From Candidatus Marinacidobacterales bacterium (GTDB lineage Bacteria > Acidobacteriota > Vicinamibacteria > Marinacidobacterales > DATDRI01), in NCBI GenBank assembly GCA_965226495.1, contig OZ245365.1, positions 5,536,001 through 5,600,000 on the forward strand: a DNA stretch of 64,000 nt. The letters run 5' to 3'. This document shows positions 48,068 through 56,587 of the stretch, in pieces. Numbering within the stretch: position 1 is the stretch's first letter; every line of letters starts with the position of its first letter. Both the position numbers and the translations under genes were made by a program. Below the pieces are notes generated by a model. It worked only from the letters and a program-made list of their open reading frames with translations, searched no databases and had not been told where the DNA came from.

Positions 48068-49202
48068 GACCCGTGCTCCGGTTGTGGGCTCACTCGGCGC
48101 CAAGGGGACGCGCCGGCCATTCGAGCAAGCCTCTCCGCTTCCAGGCGATTTCTTCCATTCTTCAGAGGTCCTTTCCGCAGAGCTCGACCGAATCTTCGCA
48201 AGAACGTGGATCGTCGTCGGCCGCGAGGAAGACATTTCCGAGCCCGGGAGCTATTTCACTCGTGAGATCGGTAAGGAGTCCATCGTATTGCTCCGTGGTA
48301 CCGGCGGTGAACCCAGAGCGTTCTTCAACGTCTGCCGCCACCGAGGTGCCAAGCTCTTAGAGAGCTGTGACGGAGCCAAGCTCAAGAAGATCCAATGCCC
48401 TTATCATGCCTGGACCTACGATCTCGACGGGCGACTCGCCGCCGCTCCGCTCATGGAGTCGACGCCCGGCTTCTCGAGGGAGGATTATCCACTAGTTCCT
48501 GTAAGGGTCGAAACATGGGAAGGTTTCCTTTTCGTGAACTTGGATGACGATGTTGAGCCTCTCGAGCCGCAACTCGCAGGCTTCCCCAACGTCTCGCGCT
48601 TCCAGCTTCCCAACCTGCGCCGGGGCGGGCGCGTCGCCTACGATGTGGCCGCCAACTGGAAGCTCATCGGCGAGAACTACAACGAGTGCTACCACTGCGC
48701 TCTCGTTCATCCTCAACTTCATCGCATCAGCCACTATCAAAGTGGCGGGAGAATAGAATCGGGGATGAATTTCACCGGAGGTCCCATGACCCTCAACGAG
48801 GGGTTTACGACCATGACCATGAGCGGGAGGAGCACACGCCCTCCCATTCCTGATCTCGTTCCAGAGGATCATCGGACCGTTCACTATTTCCACCTCTACC
48901 CAGGCTTTCTGCTCAGCCTCCATCCTGACTACGTCTTGACGCACACCGTTTGGCCGGTCGACACATCCCACAGCCGCGTGATTTGTGAATGGCTCTTTAC
49001 GCAAGATGCCATGGCCCGGGAAGACTTCGACCCCAGCGATGCTATTGAGTTTTGGGACGTCACCAACCGGCAAGACTGGGAACTTTGCGAGATCGCTCAG
49101 AAAGGAGTCCGATCTCGAGGCTACCGGCCCGGCCGCTATCAAGCGGGCGAGAGCTCGGTCCACGCCTTCGACAACTGGTGCCTCGATCAACTGGAGAGCT
49201 AA
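48060..49202 (+). CDS. Rieske non-heme iron oxygenase alpha subunit (choline monooxygenase/GbcA/Stc2-like)
   Basis: NVCRHRG...CPYHAWTY Rieske motif, ANWKLIGENYNECYHCALVHP iron site, LSLHPDYV, TNRQDW. Confidence 0.9.
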   Translation: MVKTRAPVVGSLGAKGTRRPFEQASPLPGDFFHSSEVLSAELDRIFARTWIVVGREEDISEPGSYFTREIGKESIVLLRGTGGEPRAFFNVCRHRGAKLLESCDGAKLKKIQCPYHAWTYDLDGRLAAAPLMESTPGFSREDYPLVPVRVETWEGFLFVNLDDDVEPLEPQLAGFPNVSRFQLPNLRRGGRVAYDVAANWKLIGENYNECYHCALVHPQLHRISHYQSGGRIESGMNFTGGPMTLNEGFTTMTMSGRSTRPPIPDLVPEDHRTVHYFHLYPGFLLSLHPDYVLTHTVWPVDTSHSRVICEWLFTQDAMAREDFDPSDAIEFWDVTNRQDWELCEIAQKGVRSRGYRPGRYQAGESSVHAFDNWCLDQLES

Positions 49203-49358
49203 CTAACCGACCGCTCTCGGTGCTGGCATCGAAGCTCCTACCTGTGGTACTCAACTCCGCCGGGGGCGATCGTTCAGAGGTCAGCCACGATCGTGCCCAC
49301 GCGCTTAAATCGTAATCATCCAAACCCACTGTGCTGCTAGCCGAGGAGATCCAAACCC

Positions 49359-51035
49359 ATGCCCAAGTCTGCCATCCCTCCCGACATAGAGATCGCGCAA
49401 TCGGCCAAGATCCGACCCATCGTGGACGTAGCCTCTGAGCTAGGACTGGCGCCCGAAGACATCGAACCTTACGGCCACTACAAGGCCAAGGTGCGTCTCG
49501 AGGTGTTGGATCGAGCCAAGAAGAAAGCTCGTTTGGTCTTGGTGACCGCTACCAGCCCCACTACAGCGGGGGAGGGGAAAACCACCATGACCGTCGGGCT
49601 GGCTCAAGCGCTCAGGCGGCTGGGTCACAAGGCGGCGCCGTGCATCCGTGAGCCGAGTCTCGGTCCGCTCTTTGGTATGAAGGGCGGGGCGGCAGGAGGC
49701 GGTTACTCTCAAGTCATCCCGATGGAAGACATCAATCTGCATTTCACCGGTGACTTTCATGCCATTACTTCTGCGCACATGCTCCTTTCCGCCACCATCG
49801 ACAACCATCTTCACCAAGGGAACACACTGGGACTGGACCCCCGCCGGATCCCATGGACTCGATGCTTGGACATGAACGACCGAGCCCTGAGACAGGTCGT
49901 GGTTGGGTTGGGCGGCCCGACCGGAGGTGTTCCACGGCAAGAAGAGTATGTCATCACCGCCGCGAGCGAGATCATGGCGATCCTTTGTTTGTCGACGGAC
50001 CTTGCCGATCTAGAAAAGAGGCTCGGGAACATCCTCGTGGGCTACAACCAGGAGCGAAAGCCGGTCCGGGCGCGCGAGCTCGAGGTCCAAGGCGCGATGA
50101 CGATCCTTCTCAAAGATGCCTTGAAGCCCAACCTGGTACAAACGCTCGAAGGAGGACCCGCCTTTATTCACGGCGGACCCTTCGGGAATATCGCGCATGG
50201 ATGTAACTCTATCCTGGGAACTCGAATGGCCATGGCTTTGTCCGACATCGTCGTCACCGAGGCCGGTTTCGGAAGTGATCTGGGAGCCGAGAAGTTCTGC
50301 GATATCAAGTGTCGCGCGGCGGGTCTCACTCCCGACGCTGCGGTCATCGTGACTACGGTAAGAGCACTCAGGTACAACGGTGGTCAACCGAAGGGTGAGA
50401 CCGGGGAGAATTCAAAAGCGCTCGAGGCTGGCTTCGCCAACTTGGATAAGCATATCGAAAACGTCGCTACGTTCGGCTTGCCTGCTATCGTCGCGGTGAA
50501 TCGCTTCCCCACGGACACCGACGCCGAAATTGAACAAGTGATTACCCACTGCGAGAAGGTCGGCGCCGCCGCGGCAGATGCCGATATCTTCTCGAGAGGG
50601 GGAGAAGGGGGAGAAGCCTTGGCCGAGGCGGTGGTCGAGGTGCTGGAAACTAAGAAGTCCGAATTCCGGTTCGCCTACGAAGTCGACGAGCCGATCAAAG
50701 ACAAGGTCCACGCGGTGGCCACCAAGATGTACGGTGCCGACGGTGTCGACTACACCGCCAAAGCGGAGAAAGCGATCGCCGCTTTAGAGCGAAACAGTCT
50801 TTCCAATCTTCCCGTCTGTATCGCCAAGACGCAGTATTCACTCAGCGACGAGCCGACCAGGCTCGGGCGCCCACGAGGTTTCCGGATCCAAGTGCAAGAC
50901 GTGATCGCCTCCGCCGGAGCAGGATTCCTAGTCGTGTTGGCAGGGTCGGTGATGAGAATGCCGGGGCTTCCTCGCGTTCCGGCCGCTACTCAGATGCACA
51001 TCGGCCCCGATGGAAAAACGGTGGGACTCTCGTAA
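49359..51035 (+). CDS. fhs: formate--tetrahydrofolate ligase
   Basis: GEGKTT, REPSLGP, GGAAGGGYSQV, HGGPFGNIAHG, TEAGFGSDLGAEK, AKTQYS, MPGLP. Confidence 0.97.
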   Translation: MPKSAIPPDIEIAQSAKIRPIVDVASELGLAPEDIEPYGHYKAKVRLEVLDRAKKKARLVLVTATSPTTAGEGKTTMTVGLAQALRRLGHKAAPCIREPSLGPLFGMKGGAAGGGYSQVIPMEDINLHFTGDFHAITSAHMLLSATIDNHLHQGNTLGLDPRRIPWTRCLDMNDRALRQVVVGLGGPTGGVPRQEEYVITAASEIMAILCLSTDLADLEKRLGNILVGYNQERKPVRARELEVQGAMTILLKDALKPNLVQTLEGGPAFIHGGPFGNIAHGCNSILGTRMAMALSDIVVTEAGFGSDLGAEKFCDIKCRAAGLTPDAAVIVTTVRALRYNGGQPKGETGENSKALEAGFANLDKHIENVATFGLPAIVAVNRFPTDTDAEIEQVITHCEKVGAAAADADIFSRGGEGGEALAEAVVEVLETKKSEFRFAYEVDEPIKDKVHAVATKMYGADGVDYTAKAEKAIAALERNSLSNLPVCIAKTQYSLSDEPTRLGRPRGFRIQVQDVIASAGAGFLVVLAGSVMRMPGLPRVPAATQMHIGPDGKTVGLS

Positions 51036-51061
51036 GAATGAAAGTAGCCTGGGGTCCCGTA

Positions 51062-52270
51062 TCACACACTAGGTCTCTTCAGAACGCTCCGCTTTCTTTC
51101 CGGATCGAAAAAGGGAAGCGGTGCGACTTTGGCAGCCACACGCTTGCGCGCGTACTCAATGGTCATCTCGAGTTCGACGCGCGTGCCCGGCTTAGCGTGC
51201 TCGGACCTGACGCTCGCAAGCGCGATGAACTTCTTCAGAAGCTTTGACCAACAGCTACTGGTTGCCCGACCGACCTGCCGATCGTCGACGTAAACGGGAA
51301 CCGGTTCCCGCGAAGCAACGTTCGACAGTTGCGGGAGCAAACCCACTTCCTCGTGGAGCTTCTCTAGCTCCTCCCACTTGATTTCAAGCCCCACGAAGGC
51401 GTATGTCGAGCCCTTCTCCTTCTCTTTCTCGAGCGCCTCGCGACCGATGAAGTAGGGCTTGTTGAAATTCACCGCCCATCCCAGTCCTATTTCGTAAGGA
51501 GAAGACTTTTGCGACTCGATGAGAGCCTTCTCGGCGCTAATGAAGTCCACCTCGATGAGCGGATACCCGGCTTCGATGCGAGCCAGATCCAACGCAAGCA
51601 TGCCGGCCGGAGTGATACCCCGACCCTTCCCGGCTTCCATCAAGAGATCCCATACCTGCTCGGCGTGATCCCGCGAAACCCAAACCTCGTACCCCAAATC
51701 GCCCGTGAAGCCGGTTCGGCTTACCCAGGTTGGAATGTTTCCCAAATTGGTGCGCGTGATCCAGAAGTACTTTAGATCGGACAAATCGGAGCTCGAGAGC
51801 TCCATTAAGATCTCTCGCGAGCGCGGCCCTTGAAGAGCGAGCGCGCCCACTTGCTCGGAGAGATCTTCTATCTCCACTTCCATTCCTTCGGCGTTCAGCT
51901 CGAACCACCGAAGCGTGGGGTCGGCAGCGGTGGCTCGAAAGGTGGTCTCGCCGAGACGCTGAAACGTGCCGTCTTGGATGACTTTGCCTTCTCGATCACA
52001 CCAAGGCACATAAAGGACCTGCCCTACTTTAGCCTTCGCCGCGTTCCTCGTGACGACACGGTTGACAAGCTTTGCCGCATCCCGGCCACGGATTTCGTAT
52101 TTGAAGAGCGGAGAGACATCGATGAGGCCCGCGCCGTTCCGCATTGCGTGGTACTCCGGGTCATGAAAATCGTCGTAAGAGCTGGGAGCGAAGTACCCGG
52201 ACCAATGACGCCAGTTCATACTGGTGCAGAGCACGGAAGTCCGAGAATGAAAGGGCGTTCCTACGGCCAT
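51062..52270 (-). CDS. GcvT-family aminomethyltransferase
   Basis: GTPFH, DVSPLFKY, QGPRSR, SRTGFTGDLGYEVW, RIEAG, PFFDP. Confidence 0.9.
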   Translation of the reverse strand: MAVGTPFHSRTSVLCTSMNWRHWSGYFAPSSYDDFHDPEYHAMRNGAGLIDVSPLFKYEIRGRDAAKLVNRVVTRNAAKAKVGQVLYVPWCDREGKVIQDGTFQRLGETTFRATAADPTLRWFELNAEGMEVEIEDLSEQVGALALQGPRSREILMELSSSDLSDLKYFWITRTNLGNIPTWVSRTGFTGDLGYEVWVSRDHAEQVWDLLMEAGKGRGITPAGMLALDLARIEAGYPLIEVDFISAEKALIESQKSSPYEIGLGWAVNFNKPYFIGREALEKEKEKGSTYAFVGLEIKWEELEKLHEEVGLLPQLSNVASREPVPVYVDDRQVGRATSSCWSKLLKKFIALASVRSEHAKPGTRVELEMTIEYARKRVAAKVAPLPFFDPERKRSVLKRPSV

Positions 52271-52441
52271 GATGCCCTGGCTTGGAAGGTGGTCATAGAA
52301 AACTCCTCGTGGTCGGCAGTCTAGGTAGCCGCTTTTTTCGCGTCAACTCTACTACCTTATTACTATTGCCCATGCTATTCTCTTGGACCGCGTACCACAA
52401 TGCAACCAGCGGTTCCATAATGTGGTTCGGATCGACCGGGT

Positions 52442-54028
52442 ATGGCAAAAAGCTACGACGTCATCGTCATCGGTGCGGGACACAACGGCTTGGTGCACGC
52501 GGCCTATCTCGCAAAAGCCGGCAAGAAAGTTCTGGTGTTGGAACGTCGGCATCTCGTCGGCGGCGCCACCGTCACCGAGGAGATCTACCCCGGTTTCAAG
52601 TACTCGGTTTGCTCCTACGTCGTGAGCCTTCTCCGACCGGAAATCATCGAAGACCTGGACCTTGCTAGCCACGGACTTCAGCTTCTTTCTCTCGACGGCA
52701 CCTTCACTCCTCTTCCTAACGGCGACTACCTCGCCCGTTGGGGTGATCATGATAAGACGCGCCAAGAGCTGATCCGTCACTCCCGAAAGGACGCCGAGGC
52801 TTACGACCAGTTCGGAACGTTGATGTACCACCTTTCGCGGGCAGTTCGGTCCATGCTTTCCACGGTGCCTCCCGATCCCACCTCTTTCAAACCGTCCGAT
52901 CTCGCCGGACTTGCACGAATCGGACATCAATTTCACGGCCTGGGAGAGGAGCGTCTCTACGATCTCACCAAGCTCATGACGATGAGCTCCGTCGATTTCC
53001 TCGACGAATGGTTCGAGTACGAGCCGTTGAAGGCGACTATGGCTGCGAGCGGTATCATCGGTACGTTTCTCGGTCCCCGCTCGCCGGGAACGGCCTACGT
53101 CCTCCTCCATCACTACATGGGGGAGATCGACGGTGTCTTTCGTTCTTGGGGATTTCCGCGGGGGGGCATGGGTTCGGTCGCCGAGTCCATCGCTTCGTCG
53201 GCGAGAAGCCTCGGCGCTGAAGTTCGCACCGAAGCTCCCATCGCTCGTCTCCTCGTCAAGAATGGCAAGGCAGAAGGCGTGGTGCTCGAAAGCGGTGAGG
53301 AGATCCGTGCGCGAGCCGTCGCCTCGAGCCTGGATCCCAAGCGGACCTTCTTGAAACTGATCGAACCGAGCGATCTTGACTCCGATTTCGCGGAATCCGT
53401 ACGTCGCTTCAAGATTCGTGGCTCTTCTGGAAAAGTGAACCTGGCGCTCGACGAGCTTCCCAACTTCACCTGTTTGCCTGGCGACGGCCCGCATCTCCGC
53501 GGATCGATCTCCATCAGTCCGAGCATCGACTACTTAGAGGAAGCCTACGACGACGCCAAGTACGGAGATTTTTCGAGAAAACCGTACATGGACATCCTCA
53601 TTCCCTCTGTAATCGATCCATCGATGGCCCCACCGGGAAAGCATGTGATGTCGATCTTCGTGCAATACGCCCCCTACCATTTGAAGGAAGGTACTTGGGA
53701 GGAAAAACGCGAAGCGTTCGGTGACGCCGTCGTGAATACGCTCAGTGAGTACGCGCCTAATCTAAAGAACTCCATTCTTCATCGACAAGTGCTCACGCCT
53801 TGGGATCTCGAGCAGAAGATCGGGCTCACCGAAGGGAATATCTTTCATGGCGAGTTGACTATGGATCAACTCTTTTTCCTCCGACCCGTCCCCGGTTGGG
53901 CGAAGTATCGCACCCCTATTCGCAACTTCTATCTCTGCGGATCGGGAGCTCACCCAGGTGGGGGCGTGATGGGCTCACCGGGTAAGCTCGCCGCCCAAGA
54001 ATTGCTAAAGGATTGGGAAAGCCTGTAG
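52442..54028 (+). CDS. phytoene-dehydrogenase-like (PYROXD2-type) FAD oxidoreductase, copy A
   Basis: IGAGHNGLV, GGATVTEE, CSYVVSLLRP, LLHHYMG, GNIFHGEL, CGSGAHPGGGVMG. Confidence 0.9.
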   Translation: MAKSYDVIVIGAGHNGLVHAAYLAKAGKKVLVLERRHLVGGATVTEEIYPGFKYSVCSYVVSLLRPEIIEDLDLASHGLQLLSLDGTFTPLPNGDYLARWGDHDKTRQELIRHSRKDAEAYDQFGTLMYHLSRAVRSMLSTVPPDPTSFKPSDLAGLARIGHQFHGLGEERLYDLTKLMTMSSVDFLDEWFEYEPLKATMAASGIIGTFLGPRSPGTAYVLLHHYMGEIDGVFRSWGFPRGGMGSVAESIASSARSLGAEVRTEAPIARLLVKNGKAEGVVLESGEEIRARAVASSLDPKRTFLKLIEPSDLDSDFAESVRRFKIRGSSGKVNLALDELPNFTCLPGDGPHLRGSISISPSIDYLEEAYDDAKYGDFSRKPYMDILIPSVIDPSMAPPGKHVMSIFVQYAPYHLKEGTWEEKREAFGDAVVNTLSEYAPNLKNSILHRQVLTPWDLEQKIGLTEGNIFHGELTMDQLFFLRPVPGWAKYRTPIRNFYLCGSGAHPGGGVMGSPGKLAAQELLKDWESL

Positions 54029-54281
54029 CAACTATGTGTGTTGATCGCCCCAGGGTCCCAGTGAACTACCGTCCCCGCCGGAGGGCAACGTGGCCAAGAC
54101 GGCCCGGCAGGGCCGCCGGCCGGGAGGAATTGACTCATGAATTACACGGTCAAGGGAACCGGCCGGGTTTTTCGCCCGAGCGAAGCCTTGAAACGATGTC
54201 GTAGTCGCGAAGTCGACGGAGCATCAAGGCTTGGGGGTGGGGCCCCACTCGCATTAATCAAAGATTGGGAAGGCCTGTAGC
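54005..54281 (+). repeat. imperfect direct duplication of the gene 3' end around a ~230-bp insert holding a GGGGTGGGGCCCC repeat (54233-54246)
   Basis: GATTGGGAAAGCCTGTAGC at 54011-54029 versus GATTGGGAAGGCCTGTAGC at 54263-54281 (18/19). Confidence 0.7.
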
Positions 54282-54282
54282 C

Positions 54283-55890
54283 GTGAGCACGAACCACGAT
54301 GTCATTATTATCGGCGCAGGACACAACGGCCTCGTCACCGCGGCCTACCTAGCCAAGGCCGGCAAGAAGGTCCTGGTCCTCGAGCGACGAGACATTGTCG
54401 GCGGTTCGGTGGTCACCGAGAAGTTCGCGCCCGGCTTCAAGGCCTCCCCGACGACGGACCTGTGTGGTCTTCTTCTTCCCCAGGTTGTCCGTGAGTTGGA
54501 TCTAAAGAGTCACGGTCTCGAGCTTCTTCCCGTGAACCCCGCAGTTTTTCTACCTCTTGAAGACGGTAGTCATCTCACGATCTGGCGCGAACGAGAGAAG
54601 ACGCTCCGCGAGATCGAGCGTCACTCGTCTGCCGATGCGAAGGCGTATCCGCGTTTCGCCAAGCTCGTTCAGAGCCTCACGTCGTTCATGCGACCCCAGC
54701 TTTCGCGCCCCGCGCCGAAACCCGGCAGCGGGAGCCCAGGTGACCTCTTGGAGTTATTGAGGCTCGGATGGGGTATGCGAAGTCTGGGTGCCAACGACAT
54801 GCATCAACTTCTCCGCGTCCTGCCGATGTCGGTAGCGGACTGGGTCAATGAGTGGTTCGAAGGAGATGGCTTGAAGGCAGCGTTGGTAGCACGCGGCATC
54901 GGCGGCGTGTTTCTGAGCCCCCGAGACGCGGGCAGCGCCGCCGTCTTCCTCTACCACCATCTGGGACGACCGGATTGGCCTCTCGTGTCTTGGGGATTTC
55001 CTCGTGGCGGCATGGGCGGCGTGACCCAGGCGCTTGCAAGGGCTGCTAAAGCGGCGGGCGTCGAGGTTCGCACCGGCACCTCTGTCGCCCACGTCATCTT
55101 GAAGAACGGTCGAGCCACCGGCGTCGCCCTCGATAACGGAGATGAGCTCACGTCTAGACTCGTCGTTTCCAATGCCGATCCGCACACCACGTTCCTGAAA
55201 CTCGTCGAGCCCCATGAGCTCGAAACCGAGTTCATCGGTCGTGTCAAGGCCATTCGTTACCGAGGCGTCGTCGCCAAGATCAACATGGCCGTTTCCGAGC
55301 TCCCTAATTTCTCTTGTCTTCCGGGCAAGGAGCCTGCCGCTCATCATCAAGGCCTGATCCAGATCGGAGCCGAGATCGATTACTTGGAGCGCGCTTTCGA
55401 CGACGCGAAGTACGGTCGCTTCTCGTCCAAGCCCTTCCTTCAGGCAACGATACCGTCATTGACTGATCCCAATCTAGCCCCTTCCGGACAGCACGTCGTG
55501 TCGGTTCTCATGCAGTACGCTCCCTACCATCTCCGTGAAGGGACCTGGGACAATCGAAGAGAAGAGCTAGGTGACGTGGTGGTCGACACACTGAACGCGT
55601 ACGCTCCGAACTTGAGGCAATCGATTCTCCATCGTGAGGTACTGACGCCGCTGGACTTCGAAACAAGGTTTGGATTGACAGAAGGTAATCTCCATCAAGG
55701 AGATCTCGCTCTCGACCAATTTCTTTTCATGAGGCCGGTGCCCGGCTGGGCACGCTACCGGACTCCCGTTCCCAACCTCTACCTCTGCGGTGCTGCAACT
55801 CACCCCGGCGGTGGCGTCAGCGGTGCCCCCGGCTACAATGCTAGCCGTCAGATCTTGAAAGACTGGGGAACGATCGAAGCGAACCGCTGA
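54283..55890 (+). CDS. phytoene-dehydrogenase-like FAD oxidoreductase, copy B
   Basis: Paralog of copy A: IGAGHNGLV, PRGGMG, GNLHQGDL, CGAATHPGGGVSG. Confidence 0.9.
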   Translation: MSTNHDVIIIGAGHNGLVTAAYLAKAGKKVLVLERRDIVGGSVVTEKFAPGFKASPTTDLCGLLLPQVVRELDLKSHGLELLPVNPAVFLPLEDGSHLTIWREREKTLREIERHSSADAKAYPRFAKLVQSLTSFMRPQLSRPAPKPGSGSPGDLLELLRLGWGMRSLGANDMHQLLRVLPMSVADWVNEWFEGDGLKAALVARGIGGVFLSPRDAGSAAVFLYHHLGRPDWPLVSWGFPRGGMGGVTQALARAAKAAGVEVRTGTSVAHVILKNGRATGVALDNGDELTSRLVVSNADPHTTFLKLVEPHELETEFIGRVKAIRYRGVVAKINMAVSELPNFSCLPGKEPAAHHQGLIQIGAEIDYLERAFDDAKYGRFSSKPFLQATIPSLTDPNLAPSGQHVVSVLMQYAPYHLREGTWDNRREELGDVVVDTLNAYAPNLRQSILHREVLTPLDFETRFGLTEGNLHQGDLALDQFLFMRPVPGWARYRTPVPNLYLCGAATHPGGGVSGAPGYNASRQILKDWGTIEANR

Positions 55891-55900
55891 GGTCCTGAAC

Positions 55901-56587
55901 ATGCGTAAGCTTCTACTCGCCTTTCTCTTTCGGCGATGGTCGCGTACGCTCAGGAATACGATTCGAGCCTTCCTACTCCCGAGTCGGTGCTTGGATCTCG
56001 GCTCGGTGCCCAGGTCACCGACCACGCCGGCATGGAGCGGTACCTGGCCGCGCTCGCCCAAGCCTCACCGCGTATCGTCTACGGCGCCTACGGATCGGAT
56101 TACGAAAACCGAGAGCTTCGCTACCTCGTCGTCTCGAGCGAAGAGAACATAGGACGCCTGGACGACATCAAATCTGCGAACAACCGCCTGACCGACCCCA
56201 GAACACTTTCCGTCGGAGATGCTTCGTCTCTCATCGAGAAGACACCGGTAACGGTGTGGCTCAACTGCAGCACGGATGGAAACGAGACCGCAGGTTTGGA
56301 ATCGGCGCTCATGATGGCCTACTACCTCGCATCGGCGACGGACATCGAGACGAAGAACCTGCTCGAAGGGGCGGTGGTCGTTCTCACTCCCCTCATGAAC
56401 CCGAGCTCCCGCGGGCCCCACCGGTAATCCCGATGCACAATCCTCCGTGGGGCATCCTGACCAACAATAACCATTACCTCGTCGACCTCAATCGAGAATC
56501 GATCCGGGCAACACAGAAAGAATCGGCAGCGCTCCGCGACTTTTACTACGAATGGAACCCGATGGTCTTCATCGACCTCCACGGGCT
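55901..56587 (+). pseudogene. M14 zinc carboxypeptidase-like remnant (frameshifts, deletion, truncated)
   Basis: Signal start MRKLLLAFLF / PTPESVLG...YGSDYENREL...STDGNETAG...PLMNP / NHYLVDLNRE...VFIDLHG. Confidence 0.75.

Noticed and set aside
9705-53494. Long antisense or overlapping ORFs (e.g. 9787-10788, 19513-20412, 40110-41315, 52352-53494)
   Set aside because: They overlap well-supported genes, lack motifs, and are expected in high-GC DNA.
52442-55890. Carotenoid biosynthesis (crtI/crtO)
   Set aside because: No crtB, crtE or crtY nearby; the context is folate/C1 metabolism.
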